From Alphaproteobacteria bacterium (GTDB taxonomy: Bacteria; Pseudomonadota; Alphaproteobacteria; MPNO01), in the NCBI GenBank assembly GCA_964291675.2, contig OZ219865.1, positions 1,024,001 through 1,088,000 on the forward strand: 64,000 nucleotides of DNA. Direction: 5' to 3'. Position numbers and translations under genes: made by a program. Below, in pieces: positions 10,460 through 20,929 of the stretch. The notes under the pieces were generated by a model, which was not told the origin of the DNA, did not search any database, and was given only the letters and a program-made list of their open reading frames with translations. Position 1 is the first letter of the stretch. Every line of letters starts with the position of its first letter.

Positions 10460-10795
10460 ATGCCGATCTACGGCTACGATTGCGATGCGTGCGGACCGTT
10501 CACCGATATGCAGCCGATGAGCCGCGCCTCGGAGCCGATGCCCTGCCCGGACTGCGGCGAGGCGGCGCCGCGCAGCATCAGCGCGCCGTTCATCGCCAAC
10601 ATGGACCCCAACAACCGGATCGCGCATCAGCGCAACGAGAAGAGCGCGCACGAGCCCAGGGTGTCCGGCACGCCGGGCGGCCACAGCCACTCCCACGGCC
10701 ATTCCCACAGCCACAGCCACGGCGCGCGCCGCAACACCGGGCTCGGCGAGGGCCTGCGCAACGCGCACACGCGCCCCTGGTCGATCGGCCACTGA
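10460..10795 (+). CDS. FmdB family zinc-ribbon protein with His-rich tail
   Basis: MPIYGYDCDACG...CPDCG, AHQRNEKSAHEP, RPWSIGH. Confidence 0.88.
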   Translation: MPIYGYDCDACGPFTDMQPMSRASEPMPCPDCGEAAPRSISAPFIANMDPNNRIAHQRNEKSAHEPRVSGTPGGHSHSHGHSHSHSHGARRNTGLGEGLRNAHTRPWSIGH

Positions 10796-10873
10796 GACCC
10801 GGGCGGCGGCCGGCGCCGCCCGCGGGCACGCTCGCGCCGCGGCGCTATTCACAAGCGCGGACCTGACCGGGGC

Positions 10874-11272
10874 ATGACGTATTTCTGGGTCGCGATCGGC
10901 AGCGCGCTCGGCGGGGTCGGGCGCTACTGGTGCGGCGTCGCGGTGGCAGAGCGCCTGGGCGAGAGCTTTCCCTGGGGCACGGTCTTCGTCAACGTGACCG
11001 GCTCGTTCGTCATCGGCGTGGTGGCCGCGATGGGCGCGAGCCTCGACTGGCCCTGGTTCCCCGCGAGCCACGTCCGCGCCTTCGTCGTGGTCGGTCTCTG
11101 CGGCGGCTACACCACCTTCTCGGCGTTCAGCCTGCAGACCCTGACGCTGCTGCAGGACGGCGCCTGGGTGGAGGCGCTCGGCAACGTGCTGCTGTCGGTG
11201 GCGCTCTGCCTGATCGCCGTCTGGCTCGGCTATCTCGCCGGCGCCGGGCTCGGCCAGGCCCATCCGGGCTGA
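10874..11272 (+). CDS. crcB: fluoride channel Fluc/CrcB
   Basis: GSALGGVGRY, FPWGTVFVNVTGSF, GLCGGYTTFSAFS. Confidence 0.93.
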   Translation: MTYFWVAIGSALGGVGRYWCGVAVAERLGESFPWGTVFVNVTGSFVIGVVAAMGASLDWPWFPASHVRAFVVVGLCGGYTTFSAFSLQTLTLLQDGAWVEALGNVLLSVALCLIAVWLGYLAGAGLGQAHPG

Positions 11273-11400
11273 CCGGCCGCCGCGGCGACAGAGCCCGAGC
11301 GCGAAGTCTGGCCGAAGCGAGCTGTCGCCCCCTGTCGTGGGAGATGGAGATGACAGGGTGGGATTGTTGTATCGCGCCCGGCGAGCAAATCCCCTAAAGA

Positions 11401-11676
11401 ATGAAATCCATGGTCTACATCGTCGTGTGCGCCGATTCGGGGAGCGAACTGCCCACGGAGATCGCCGAGGCCGCCGCGTCGATCTACCGCCTGGGTCCCG
11501 GACCGGTCTGGTTCATCGATATCGACTGCAGCAGCAGCGAGCTCGTCGACATGATCTGGCCCGACGAGGCGGAGGCGGAGTCTCCCGCCGGCACCGGTGT
11601 CATCGTCGGTGTCGACGAGTACACGGGATACGCTCCGGACAAGTTCTGGAAGTGGATCAAGGCCCGGGTCAAGTGA
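11401..11676 (+). CDS. hypothetical 91-aa protein (possible Cas2/VapD-like ferredoxin fold)
   Basis: Protein-like composition; ends YTGYAPDKFWKWI; GTGA overlap with the next ORF. Confidence 0.6.
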   Translation: MKSMVYIVVCADSGSELPTEIAEAAASIYRLGPGPVWFIDIDCSSSELVDMIWPDEAEAESPAGTGVIVGVDEYTGYAPDKFWKWIKARVK

Positions 11677-11942
11677 CGCTCGGGGAGAAATTCGATCCCG
11701 GCGCGGAAAACCGGAAGGATTCCGGCTCCAGCACGGACCAGTGGATCATGCGGGCCATGTCCCGGCTCGACGCGAGGATTGACGACACCAACCGGAGATT
11801 CGACCGTCTCGACGATCGAACGAGACGGATCGAGAGAACGATATGGGCCGTCGGCGGGGGCGTGGCGGCGATCGCCTTCCTGCTGTTCGAGATCGTACTC
11901 CCTGTGGTCAGAGCGGCCGTCGCCCGGATGATGGGCGGCTGA
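11673..11942 (+). CDS. small coiled-coil protein with C-terminal TM helix
   Basis: GTG start overlapping the upstream stop; [24 protein letters not shown] followed by [16 protein letters not shown]. Confidence 0.6.
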   Translation: MTLGEKFDPGAENRKDSGSSTDQWIMRAMSRLDARIDDTNRRFDRLDDRTRRIERTIWAVGGGVAAIAFLLFEIVLPVVRAAVARMMGG

Positions 11943-12068
11943 AGCGGCGCTACTCCCCGGCTGGCTCCACGATCCACCCCGTGTCGTGCCGGGTCTTCGT
12001 CGGCCCCGATGCCGTCGCGGGGGAGCATTCGAGGCTTGAGTGGATCGGCATCCAACCGCCGTGGCGCC

Positions 12069-12096
12069 TTGCGCGGCAAGGCGAAACATGTATAGT
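12069..12096 (+). promoter_or_regulatory. putative sigma70 promoter of the rpsF operon
   Basis: TTGCGC-N16-TATAGT about 140 nt upstream of rpsF. Confidence 0.5.
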
Positions 12097-12232
12097 CCGC
12101 GCGCCGTCGAGCGGATCGGCCTCGCTTGTCTGCGGCGGTTTGCCGAAATCGGTAGTCCGGCCGGGGCACACAGTCGCCAGACAGCGGGGCGCATGCCGCC
12201 CGTCCCGGCATGGCAGCAAGGAGCGCCGCGAA

Positions 12233-12757
12233 GTGGCATTCTACGAGAGCGTCTTTATCGCGCGCCCGGACATCTCGACCGCGCAGGTCGAGGCGCTGAC
12301 CCAGCGCCTGACCGAGATCGTGGAGTCGGGCGGCGGGCGGGTGACCAAGAACGAGTACTGGGGTCTGAAGAACCTCGCCTACCGGATCAAGAAGAACCGC
12401 AAGGGCCATTACTCGCTGCTCAATATCGACGCCCCGAGCGAGGCGGTCGGCGAGTACGAGCGCAACATGAGGCTGAGCGAGGACGTGCTGCGCTATCTCA
12501 CCGTCCGGGTCGAGGAGCTCGACGACAACCCGTCGATCATGATGACCCGCGGCTCGCGCGACGACCGCGGGCGCGGGCGGGGCCGCGGCTTCGGCGGGCG
12601 GGACGGCGGCCGGCCGCAGAGCGCGCCGCCGGCCGCAGCGGCCGCCGCGAAGGCCGACGAGGCGAAGCCCGAGGGCGCGAAGGCCGATGAGGCGAAGCCC
12701 GAGACCGCCAAGCCCGAAGCCGCCAAGCCCGATCAGCCGAAGGAGACCACGGAATGA
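12233..12757 (+). CDS. rpsF: 30S ribosomal protein S6 with long low-complexity C-terminal tail
   Basis: [33 protein letters not shown]; GTG start after AAGGAG. Confidence 0.96.
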   Translation: MAFYESVFIARPDISTAQVEALTQRLTEIVESGGGRVTKNEYWGLKNLAYRIKKNRKGHYSLLNIDAPSEAVGEYERNMRLSEDVLRYLTVRVEELDDNPSIMMTRGSRDDRGRGRGRGFGGRDGGRPQSAPPAAAAAAKADEAKPEGAKADEAKPETAKPEAAKPDQPKETTE

Positions 12758-12981
12758 GCCGGCGGCCTTTCTTCCGGCGCCAGAAGAGCTGTCCATTCTC
12801 GGGGCCGAACGCGCCGAAGATCGATTACAAGGACGTGCGGCTGCTACAGCGCTTCGTCTCCGAACGCGGCAAGATCGTGCCGAGCCGCATTACCGCGGTG
12901 TCGACCAAGAAGCAGCGCGAGCTCGCCCAGGCGATCAAGCGCGCGCGCAATATCGCGCTCCTGCCCTTCATCATCCGCTGA
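12754..12981 (+). CDS. rpsR: 30S ribosomal protein S18
   Basis: [25 protein letters not shown]...AIKRAR. Confidence 0.98.
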   Translation: MSRRPFFRRQKSCPFSGPNAPKIDYKDVRLLQRFVSERGKIVPSRITAVSTKKQRELAQAIKRARNIALLPFIIR

Positions 12982-13004
12982 GGGCGCTCGCCGGGCGGCG
13001 TCCG

Positions 13005-13946
13005 ATGTCCCGCCAGCTCATCCTCGCGGTCGGCGCGGGTGCGGTGGCGGCGCTGTTCTACGTCGCGGTCGGGCTGGGCTCGTTCGGCTCGCTGATCCTC
13101 GCCTATCTGGCCCAGCTTCCCCTGTTCGCCATCGCGCTCGGCGCCGGGTTCGCGCATGCCGCGCTCGCCGTCGGGGTGGGGGCGGTACTGATCGCCGCCG
13201 CCCTGCCGCTCACCGTGGCCGGGCTGTTCCTCGCCACCGTCGCCCTGCCGGTGCTGGTGCTCGGCAACCGGGCGCTGCTCAGCCGGACCGCCCCGGACGG
13301 CAGCACCGAGTGGTACCCGCCGGGCCACCTTCTCGCCGCGCTCAACGCGCTCGCGCTCGCCGCCCTGGTGGCGGCGACCTTCCTGTTCTGGGGTCGCGAG
13401 GGGGGCATGGTCGGCGCCGGCGAGGCGCTGCTGGCGGAGATGACGCGGGGGCTGGGCGCCGGCGACGCGAGCGGGCAGGCCATCGCAACCGCGCGCGAAC
13501 GGCTCGCCTGGCTGCTGCCGGCGCTGGTGCTGGTCTCCTGGCAGATCATGGTGATCGTCAACGGGCTGCTGGCCCAGGGCGTCCTGTCCCGCTTCTCGCT
13601 CAACCTCCGCCCCGGCGCGCCGTTTCACCAGCTTTGGCTGCCGCAATGGCTGTCCTTCGCGCTGGCCGCGGCGCTGGTCGGCTCGTTCCTGCCGGGACCG
13701 ATCGGCGACCTCGGCGGCAATGCCGCCATCGTGGTCGCGCTTCCCTTTGTCTTTCTCGGCCTGTCGGTTATACATGCGCTGTCGGTGCGCTGGCCCGCAC
13801 GGACGTTTATCCTGGTCTGCGTCTATTTCGGCGTGATCGTGGCAGGCTGGCCCGCGCTGATCGTCGCCGCGATCGGCGTTCTCGAGACATGGCTTTCCCT
13901 GAGACAGCGGTTTTCGGGCGGTCGCCCTCAGGACGAGGAGGAGTAG
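13005..13946 (+). CDS. DUF2232/YybS family membrane protein
   Basis: Multi-TM protein with EWYPPG motif, in the conserved rpsR-rplI position. Confidence 0.85.
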   Translation: MSRQLILAVGAGAVAALFYVAVGLGSFGSLILAYLAQLPLFAIALGAGFAHAALAVGVGAVLIAAALPLTVAGLFLATVALPVLVLGNRALLSRTAPDGSTEWYPPGHLLAALNALALAALVAATFLFWGREGGMVGAGEALLAEMTRGLGAGDASGQAIATARERLAWLLPALVLVSWQIMVIVNGLLAQGVLSRFSLNLRPGAPFHQLWLPQWLSFALAAALVGSFLPGPIGDLGGNAAIVVALPFVFLGLSVIHALSVRWPARTFILVCVYFGVIVAGWPALIVAAIGVLETWLSLRQRFSGGRPQDEEE

Positions 13947-13948
13947 CG

Positions 13949-14548
13949 ATGCAGGTGATCCTGTTGGAGCGTATCGAAAAGCTCGGCCTGATGGGCGACG
14001 TGGTCGACGTGAAGCCGGGCTATGCGCGGAATTTCCTGCTGCCGCAGAACAAGGCCCTGCGGGCGACCGAGGCGAACATCCAGTCCTTCGAGTCGCGGCG
14101 CGTCCAGCTCGAGGCGGACAACATCGCCAGGCGCGACGAGGCGGAGGGGGTTTCGGGCCGGATCGAGGGGCTTACCGTGGTGCTCACCCGCCAGGCCTCG
14201 GACAGCGCCCAGCTCTACGGCTCGGTGACCAAGCGGGACATCGCCGAGGCGGTCAGCGCGGCCGGCTTCACGATCGCCCGCACCCAGGTCGCGCTCGACC
14301 GCCCGATCAAGACCGTCGGCCTCCACCCGATCCGCATCCAGCTTCACCCCGAGGTCTCGGTGACGATCACCGCCAATGTCGCGCGTAGCCAGGAAGAGGC
14401 CGAGGCGCAGGCGCGCGGCGAGACCATCGGGGCCGAGCTCGACGAGGACGGGGATGACGCGTTCGACGCCGAAGTCGCCCCGGACCCGGCGGAGCCAGCC
14501 GAACCGTCGGACGAGGCGGAGGTTGCCGAACCGCCGGACGAGGGCTGA
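13949..14548 (+). CDS. rplI: 50S ribosomal protein L9
   Basis: [13 protein letters not shown]...[18 protein letters not shown]. Confidence 0.97.
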   Translation: MQVILLERIEKLGLMGDVVDVKPGYARNFLLPQNKALRATEANIQSFESRRVQLEADNIARRDEAEGVSGRIEGLTVVLTRQASDSAQLYGSVTKRDIAEAVSAAGFTIARTQVALDRPIKTVGLHPIRIQLHPEVSVTITANVARSQEEAEAQARGETIGAELDEDGDDAFDAEVAPDPAEPAEPSDEAEVAEPPDEG

Positions 14549-14580
14549 CCCTTCGGGCGCCGCATCGCCCGCTTGACGCC

Positions 14581-15351
14581 ATGAACCGACGCGACCGAAT
14601 CGCCTTCGTCGCCGGAACCACCCGGCAGGCGCAGAGCGCGCTCAAGACGCTGAGGAAACGCTACGGCTCGGTTCCGCCCGACGAGGCGGACGTCATCGTC
14701 GCGCTCGGCGGCGACGGCCACATGCTGGAGACGCTGCACCGGTTCATGGGGCGCGAGGTGCCGATCTACGGCATGAACCGGGGCACGGTGGGCTTCCTCC
14801 TCAACGCCTACTGCGATAGCGGGCTGCGCGAGAGACTCGCCGCCGCGCAGCTGGTCGAGCTGAGGCCGCTGTCGATGAAGGCGGTTTCGCTGGACGGCTC
14901 CCGGGTCGCGGCGGTCGCGATCAACGAGGTGGCGCTGCTGCGCGAGACCCGGCAGGCGGCGCGGGTACGGATCCGCATCGACGGCACGGTGCGCATGCCG
15001 GAGCTGGTCTGCGACGGCGCGATCGTCGCCACGCCGGCCGGCAGCACCGCCTACAACCTGTCTGCGCACGGGCCGATCATCCCGCTCGGCGCGGAGCTGC
15101 TCGCGCTCACCCCGATCAACGCCTTCCGCCCGCGGCGCTGGCGCGGCGCGCTGCTGCCGTCCTCGGCGAAGCTCAGGATCGACGTGATGGAGCCGAAGAA
15201 GCGACCGGTCAGCGCGGTCGCCGACTACACCGAGGTGCGCGACGTGCGCTCCGTCGTCGTCCAGGAAGACCGCGCGTCGACGCTGAACCTGCTGTTCGAT
15301 CCGGAGCACAATCTGGAAGACCGGATACTGAACGAGCAGTTCACCCCCTGA
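14581..15351 (+). CDS. nadK: NAD kinase
   Basis: [35 protein letters not shown]. Confidence 0.93.
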   Translation: MNRRDRIAFVAGTTRQAQSALKTLRKRYGSVPPDEADVIVALGGDGHMLETLHRFMGREVPIYGMNRGTVGFLLNAYCDSGLRERLAAAQLVELRPLSMKAVSLDGSRVAAVAINEVALLRETRQAARVRIRIDGTVRMPELVCDGAIVATPAGSTAYNLSAHGPIIPLGAELLALTPINAFRPRRWRGALLPSSAKLRIDVMEPKKRPVSAVADYTEVRDVRSVVVQEDRASTLNLLFDPEHNLEDRILNEQFTP

Positions 15352-15388
15352 GCCGCGCCCGGCAGCGGGCGATGGGCCCCCGCTTCGC

Positions 15389-15465
15389 CATGGGTGGCCG
15401 GAACTCCCCTCCCCCCGTCATGCCCGGCCCCCGGATCGAGTCCGGGGGTGTTCCGGCCATCCATG
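15389..15465. repeat. REP-like palindromic intergenic repeat (GTCATG..CCGGATCRAGTCCGG family)
   Basis: CCCCCGGATCGAGTCCGGGGG flanked by inverted CATGGGTGGCCGGAAC / GTTCCGGCCATCCATG; related copies near 22141, 24153 and 39051. Confidence 0.8.
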
Positions 15466-15545
15466 CGGCGCCTCCGCGCGCATGGCCGCCGGCCTGGAGG
15501 GGCGGCGGCGCCGGCAATTGCCGGGAGGGACTTCGCGAACCTCCC

Positions 15546-16352
15546 TCAAAGATCCGAGAAATCCGGCTTTTTCTTCCTCAGAAACGCCTCGATGCCGCGC
15601 GTAAAGGCCTCGCCGAAGCGGATCTTCTCGAAGGCCTGGCCCTCGCTCCTGAGCCCGGCCGAGAGCGGCGTCTCGTAGGTCTCGTTGAGGACCTGCTTGA
15701 GGGTGGCGAGCGGGATGGAGGGGCGGGCGGCGAGGTCGGCGACCCAGCGCGCGATGGCGTCGTCGAGCCCGCCCGCCGGAACCGTCTCGGCGATGAGCCC
15801 CCAGGCCTCGGCCTCGGCGACGCCGATGCGGCGGCCGCGCATGATCATCTCCTTGGCGCGCCCCAGCCCGGCGATGCGGGCGAGGCGCTGCGTGCCGCCC
15901 GATCCCGGGATGGCGCCGAGACCGATCTCGGGGAGCGCGAACTCGGTCCCCTCGGCGGCGATGCGGAAGTCGCAGGCGAGCGCGATCTCGAAGGCGACGC
16001 CCATCGCGTAGCGCTCGATGGCGGCGATCACCGGCTTGCGGCAGCGCTCGGGCGCCGCCACCGCCCGGGCGAGGTCGGCCATGCCGTCGGCCGGCACCTG
16101 CTGGAACCCGGCGATGTCGCCGCCCGAGCTGAACACCCCGTTGGCGCCGCGGATCACGATGACCCGGACGTCGGCGTGGGCGTCGAGCTCTTCCAGGATC
16201 GCGGCGAGCTGGGCGCGCGCGGCGAAGCTGACCACGTTGAGCGGCTTCCGGTCGAAGATCAGCGTCCCCTGCCCCGCCCCGGCGTCGATCTCCCAGCGCA
16301 GCCCGTCGGGCTCGGCCAGCAGCGCCCCGCGTCGTTCCGCAAGCTCGTTCAC
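15546..16352 (-). CDS. enoyl-CoA hydratase/isomerase family protein
   Basis: FSSGGDI, GVAFEIALACDFRIA, FALPEIGLGAIPGSGGTQRL; GTG start. Confidence 0.9.
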   Translation of the reverse strand: MNELAERRGALLAEPDGLRWEIDAGAGQGTLIFDRKPLNVVSFAARAQLAAILEELDAHADVRVIVIRGANGVFSSGGDIAGFQQVPADGMADLARAVAAPERCRKPVIAAIERYAMGVAFEIALACDFRIAAEGTEFALPEIGLGAIPGSGGTQRLARIAGLGRAKEMIMRGRRIGVAEAEAWGLIAETVPAGGLDDAIARWVADLAARPSIPLATLKQVLNETYETPLSAGLRSEGQAFEKIRFGEAFTRGIEAFLRKKKPDFSDL

Positions 16353-16448
16353 CCCACCCTCCGTTGCAGTCCGCGCCGCATGACGCCATATTCCGCCCGC
16401 CGCCGGCAACCGGCGGCGAGGGAGCATCGACGAGCGGGGGCAGGGGTC

Positions 16449-17225
16449 ATGGCGGCGGTATTGACCGACCGCGACGGCGGGATCGCGACGGTTACGATCA
16501 ACCGGCCGGAGAAGCGCAACGCGCTCAACGCGGCGGGCTGGGATGCGCTCTCGGACGCCTTCGAGGAATTGTCCGGCGACGACGGGCTGCGCTGCATCGT
16601 GCTTCGCGGCGCGGGGCCCGACGCCTTCGCCGCCGGGGCGGACATGTCGGGCTTCCTGGACGAGCACTCCAACGCCGAGCTCGCCCGCGGCTACATGGGC
16701 AAGACCCATCGCGCCTGCGAGGCGATCTCCCGGGGCCGCCACCCGGTGGTCGCGATGATCCACGGCTACTGCCTCGGCGGCGGGTTCGAGATCGCGACGG
16801 CCTGCGACATCCGGATCGCCGCGCGGTCGAGCCGGATGGGGGTGCCGGCGCGCCTCGTCGGGCTCTATCTCGGCTACGGGCTGCTCGACACGATGATCGC
16901 CGCGGTCGGCCGGGCGAACGCGCTGGAGATCGCGCTCGAGGGCCGCGTCTATACCGCCGAGGAAGCCTTCGCCAAGGGCATGATCAACCGGGTGGTCGAC
17001 GACGACGCCCTGGAGGAAGAGGCCTACGCCTCGGCGCGGCGCATCGCCGAGGGCGCGCCGCTCGCCGCGCGCTGGCACCGCAAGGCGGTCCACCGGCTGG
17101 CCGACCCGTCGCCGCTCAGCGAGGCGGAGATCGCCGAATCGTTCTCCTACGCCGACACCGAGGACTACCACGAGGGCTACCGGGCGTTCCTCGCCAAGGA
17201 AAAGCCCGCCTTCAAGGGGCGCTGA
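16449..17225 (+). CDS. enoyl-CoA hydratase/isomerase family protein
   Basis: TINRPEKRNAL, AFAAGADM, GGGFEIATACDIRIA, KEKPAFKGR. Confidence 0.9.
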   Translation: MAAVLTDRDGGIATVTINRPEKRNALNAAGWDALSDAFEELSGDDGLRCIVLRGAGPDAFAAGADMSGFLDEHSNAELARGYMGKTHRACEAISRGRHPVVAMIHGYCLGGGFEIATACDIRIAARSSRMGVPARLVGLYLGYGLLDTMIAAVGRANALEIALEGRVYTAEEAFAKGMINRVVDDDALEEEAYASARRIAEGAPLAARWHRKAVHRLADPSPLSEAEIAESFSYADTEDYHEGYRAFLAKEKPAFKGR

Positions 17226-17228
17226 CGC

Positions 17229-18449
17229 ATGGCCGGGAACGAGCACAGGGCGACCGGACCGCTCGCCGGCGCCACCGTGATCGAATGCGCCCAGGTGGTG
17301 GCGGGTCCCACCTGCGGCTACATGCTGGCCGATCTCGGCGCCGACGTGATCAAGGTCGAGCGCGCGCCGATGGGCGACGACGTGCGCCGCATGACGCCGC
17401 CCTCGATCGACGGCGAATCGGCCGCCTTCATGATGCTCAACCGCAACAAGCGCGCCATCGCGCTCGACCTCAAGCAGGCAAGCGCCAAGGAAGCCTTCCT
17501 GCGCCTGGTGCGGGGGGCCGACGTGCTGGTCGAGAACTACCGCCCCGGCGCCATGGAGCGCATGGGGCTCGGCTACGACGACCTCAAGGCGGAGAACCCG
17601 GCGCTGGTCTACGCCACCATCTCGGGATTCGGGCGGACCGGCCCCTATGCCGGGCGCGGCGGCTACGACCTGGTCGCCCAGGCGATGTCGGGGCTGATGA
17701 GCATCACCGGCGAGGGGCCCGGCCGGCCGCCGGTCAAGGTGGGCTCGCCGATCGCCGATTTCGCGGCCGGGATCCTGGCCGCGCTCGGCATCGTCTCGGC
17801 CTATGCCCACCGGCTGAAGACCGGCGAGGGGCAGTATCTGGAGACCTCGCTGTTCGAGGCGGCGATCTCGGCGACCTTCCACCAGACGGCGATGTTCCTC
17901 GCCACCGGCGACCCGCCGCCGCCGCTCGGCTCGGCGCATCCGCTGGCCGCCCCCTACCAGGCCTACCAGACCGCCGACGGCTGGATCACCGTCGGCGCCG
18001 GCAACGACGCCAACTGGCCCCGCCTCGCCGCGGCGCTCGGCGCGCCCGAGCTCACCGAGGATGCGCGCTTCCTGACCAACGACGACCGGATGAACAATCT
18101 GGACGAGCTCAACGAGGCGCTGGCGCCGCTGTTCAGGGCGCAGGACACCGACGGCCTGCTCGCCGCTCTCGAAGAGCTCGGCGTGCCGGCGGGGCCGGTG
18201 CTCGACATCGGCCAGATGACCCGGGACCCGCAGACGCTGGCGCGCGACATGATCATGGAGGTCGAGCACAGCCGGCTCGGGCCGGTCCGCACGCTCGGCC
18301 CGCCGGTCAAGCTCTCGGGCACGCCCGCCAATGTCAGGCGGGGCGCGCCGGTGCTGGGCGAGCACTCGGCGGAGATTCTGGGCGAATACGGCTACGACGC
18401 GGACCGGATCGCGGCGATGGCGGCAAGCGGCGCGGCGATCCTCGCCTGA
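17229..18449 (+). CDS. CaiB/BaiF family III CoA-transferase
   Basis: LADLGADVIKVE, NRNKRAIALDLK, GYDLVAQAMSG, APVLGEHS. Confidence 0.93.
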   Translation: MAGNEHRATGPLAGATVIECAQVVAGPTCGYMLADLGADVIKVERAPMGDDVRRMTPPSIDGESAAFMMLNRNKRAIALDLKQASAKEAFLRLVRGADVLVENYRPGAMERMGLGYDDLKAENPALVYATISGFGRTGPYAGRGGYDLVAQAMSGLMSITGEGPGRPPVKVGSPIADFAAGILAALGIVSAYAHRLKTGEGQYLETSLFEAAISATFHQTAMFLATGDPPPPLGSAHPLAAPYQAYQTADGWITVGAGNDANWPRLAAALGAPELTEDARFLTNDDRMNNLDELNEALAPLFRAQDTDGLLAALEELGVPAGPVLDIGQMTRDPQTLARDMIMEVEHSRLGPVRTLGPPVKLSGTPANVRRGAPVLGEHSAEILGEYGYDADRIAAMAASGAAILA

Positions 18450-18452
18450 AGC

Positions 18453-19556
18453 TCAGGCGGCGAAGTCGATGGAGCCGAGCCATTCCTCGCGCACCCGGGC
18501 GATGGTCGCGGCCTCGAAGAAGCCGTCGATGCGCCGGGCGATGTCGGGGACAAGCCCGGGCGCCGCGGCCGCGGCCCGCCACCAGACGCTCTCGTGCTCG
18601 CCGGCCGCGCCATTGTGGCGCGCTTCCGCCTCGACCCGCCATTTCGCGAACCAGGTCATGGAGCGCAGCCAGGTCAGGCGCCGCATCGGCATCAGCCACG
18701 GCCGCAGCGCCGCCGCGAGACCGGGCGGGACGGCGTCGAGATAGGCGGCGTAGAAACCCCGCACGTCGTCATGCGTGAGCGCCGCGGCGCAGTCGGCGTC
18801 CCACATCGTCGAGGTGTAGAGGCTGGCATGGGCGACGTCGATGGCGGGCGAGCCGAACAGCGCCTTCTCCAGGTCGACGAAGACCGCGCGCGCCCGCCCG
18901 GTCTTGCGCTCGACCAGGAAGTTGCCGGGATGCGTGTCGGTGGCGCAGAGCGCGATCGGCTGGCGCGCGCCGGCGTGGCGCGTCGCGTAGCCGCGCGCCC
19001 AGGCGAGCTCGTCGGCGATCTGCGCCCGCGCCGGCGCCGACATGGCGGCGCGGTCGAAATAGAGCGACTGGGGCTCGATGAAGCCGAGTATCCCGGCGAT
19101 CGGATCGGCGTGGACCGCGAGCGGCGGCCTCTCCCCTTCGGGCGGCAGCTTCAGGGCGTGGATGCCGGCGAGGCAGGCCGCCATGGCCGCGAGGTCGCCC
19201 GGCAGCCGGGCCGGCCCGCCGTCGATCGCCGCCACCACCAGCCCGCCCCAAAGGAGGCCGGGGCGCGGCTCGATGCGGCCCGCAAGGGCGGGCGTGCAGC
19301 CGCTCGGCGCGGCGCGGGCGAAGCACGCCGCCTGGTAGTCGAGGTTGTCGGCGGGCGAGAGCTCGAACTGGCTCGCCCGCGGCAGGCGCAGCAGCCACGG
19401 CGTGCCGGCGATGCGCACATGGTCGTGGAACAGGCCCTTGACGGACATCGGCTGGAGGTCTTCGCGCGCGGTGCCGGCGAAGCCCTCGACGAGCCGGAGC
19501 CCGGCATGGGCCGCGTCCAGATCGAGTCCCGAGACGGTCGCTCCCTTCGCTGGCAT
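18453..19556 (-). CDS. aminoglycoside-phosphotransferase-like (APH/choline kinase fold) protein
   Basis: TDTHPGNFL catalytic-loop and VFVDLEKA motifs. Confidence 0.75.
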   Translation of the reverse strand: MPAKGATVSGLDLDAAHAGLRLVEGFAGTAREDLQPMSVKGLFHDHVRIAGTPWLLRLPRASQFELSPADNLDYQAACFARAAPSGCTPALAGRIEPRPGLLWGGLVVAAIDGGPARLPGDLAAMAACLAGIHALKLPPEGERPPLAVHADPIAGILGFIEPQSLYFDRAAMSAPARAQIADELAWARGYATRHAGARQPIALCATDTHPGNFLVERKTGRARAVFVDLEKALFGSPAIDVAHASLYTSTMWDADCAAALTHDDVRGFYAAYLDAVPPGLAAALRPWLMPMRRLTWLRSMTWFAKWRVEAEARHNGAAGEHESVWWRAAAAAPGLVPDIARRIDGFFEAATIARVREEWLGSIDFAA

Positions 19557-19699
19557 GATCCAGATCAGGTTCCGTGGGTGTGCTCTCAGCCCGGCCGCTT
19601 CGCGCCGGACACCCCAGCCGCGCCATACGGTGGACGGACGGCGGCGCCGCGTCAAGCGATCCGTTGCCGCCTCGCGGCCGAAGGTCTATCAGTCTCGCC

Positions 19700-20917
19700 A
19701 TGAGCGATTCCAACCGCGTCATCGTGGTCGGCGCCGGCCCGGTCGGCATGATCACCGGGCTCGCTTTGGCGAGCGAGGGCGTCCCGGTCACCGTGCTGGA
19801 ACGGCTGGCGGAGATTCCGGCCGACCACCGCGCCTCGACGCTGCACCCGTCCACGCTGGCCATGCTGGAGCCGCTCGGCATGACCGCGGAGGCGCTCAGG
19901 CGCGGGCTCCGCTCGCCGCATTTCCAGTTCCGCGACCGCGCCAGCGGCGAGGTCGTGGCCGAGTTCGATTACGCCCTGCTGGCCGACGAGACCCCGTTCC
20001 CCTTCGCCCTGCAGCTCGAACAGCACAAGACCATCGGGATCGCCGAGGCGCGGGCGCGCGGCTTCGACCGGTTCGAGCTCCGCCGCGAACGCGAGGTCAC
20101 CGGCATGCGCCAGACCGCGGATGGGGTCGAGGTCGAGATCGGGCTGCCCGACGGCTCGACCGAGTTGCTGGCGGGACGCTATCTGATCGGCTGCGACGGC
20201 GGGCGCAGCGCGGTGCGCAAGGCGGCCGGGATCGACTTCCCGGGCTTCACCTGGGAGGAGCGGTTCATCATCGTCTCCACGCGCTTCGATTTCGGCGCCG
20301 CCGACGGCTACCGCTACCGCAACTACATCGCCCATCCCGAGCAGTGGTGCGCGATCATCAAGGTGCCGGGGGAGCGCGACGAAGGCGTGTGGCGGGCGCT
20401 GTTCCCCGCCTTCACCGACCAGCCGGACGAGGAGGTGCTGGCCGACGAGTGGATCCAGGCGCGGTTCGCCGAATGCCTGCCCTACGACCCGCCCTATGCG
20501 ATCGAGCACCGCAACCTCTACGCGATCCACCAGCGGGTCGCGGCGTCCTTCCGGCGCGGCCGGGCGATGCTCGCCGGCGATGCCGCGCATGTGAACAACC
20601 CGGTCGGCGGCATGGGGATGAACAGCGGCATCCATGACGGGCTCAACCTTGCCGCCAAGCTCGCCGCGATCTGGCGCGGCGAGGGCGACGACGGCCTGCT
20701 CGACCTGTACGATCGCCAGCGCCGGCCGATGGCCGAGAAATACGTCCAGGCCCAGTCGATCAGGAACAAGGAGATGCTGGGCGAGCGCGACCCGGAAATC
20801 CGCAGGCGGCGCTTCGAGGAGCTGCGCCGGACCGCCGGCGACCCGGGCGCGGCGCGCGCCTATCTGCGGCAATCCTCGCTGATCGCCATGGTCGAGGAGG
20901 CCAACGCCATCACCTGA
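19700..20917 (+). CDS. FAD-dependent monooxygenase (MhpA/UbiH-like)
   Basis: GAGPVG, GCDGGRSAVR, LAGDAAHVNNPVGGMGMNSGIHD. Confidence 0.9.
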   Translation: MSDSNRVIVVGAGPVGMITGLALASEGVPVTVLERLAEIPADHRASTLHPSTLAMLEPLGMTAEALRRGLRSPHFQFRDRASGEVVAEFDYALLADETPFPFALQLEQHKTIGIAEARARGFDRFELRREREVTGMRQTADGVEVEIGLPDGSTELLAGRYLIGCDGGRSAVRKAAGIDFPGFTWEERFIIVSTRFDFGAADGYRYRNYIAHPEQWCAIIKVPGERDEGVWRALFPAFTDQPDEEVLADEWIQARFAECLPYDPPYAIEHRNLYAIHQRVAASFRRGRAMLAGDAAHVNNPVGGMGMNSGIHDGLNLAAKLAAIWRGEGDDGLLDLYDRQRRPMAEKYVQAQSIRNKEMLGERDPEIRRRRFEELRRTAGDPGAARAYLRQSSLIAMVEEANAIT

Positions 20918-20929
20918 CGGGGAGACACG

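Noticed and set aside
10796-11400. Fluoride riboswitch near crcB
   Set aside because: No GGCGATGG..TCGCC/TGAT..CT consensus upstream of crcB; the GGAGATGG at about 11340 is downstream and lacks the pairing partner.
12100-12232. S6:S18-binding leader RNA upstream of rpsF
   Set aside because: Hairpin potential exists, but I could not match the motif convincingly by eye; it needs a covariance-model search.
18453-19556. Aminoglycoside resistance gene
   Set aside because: Only the generic APH/choline-kinase fold motifs are present, and the context is catabolic.
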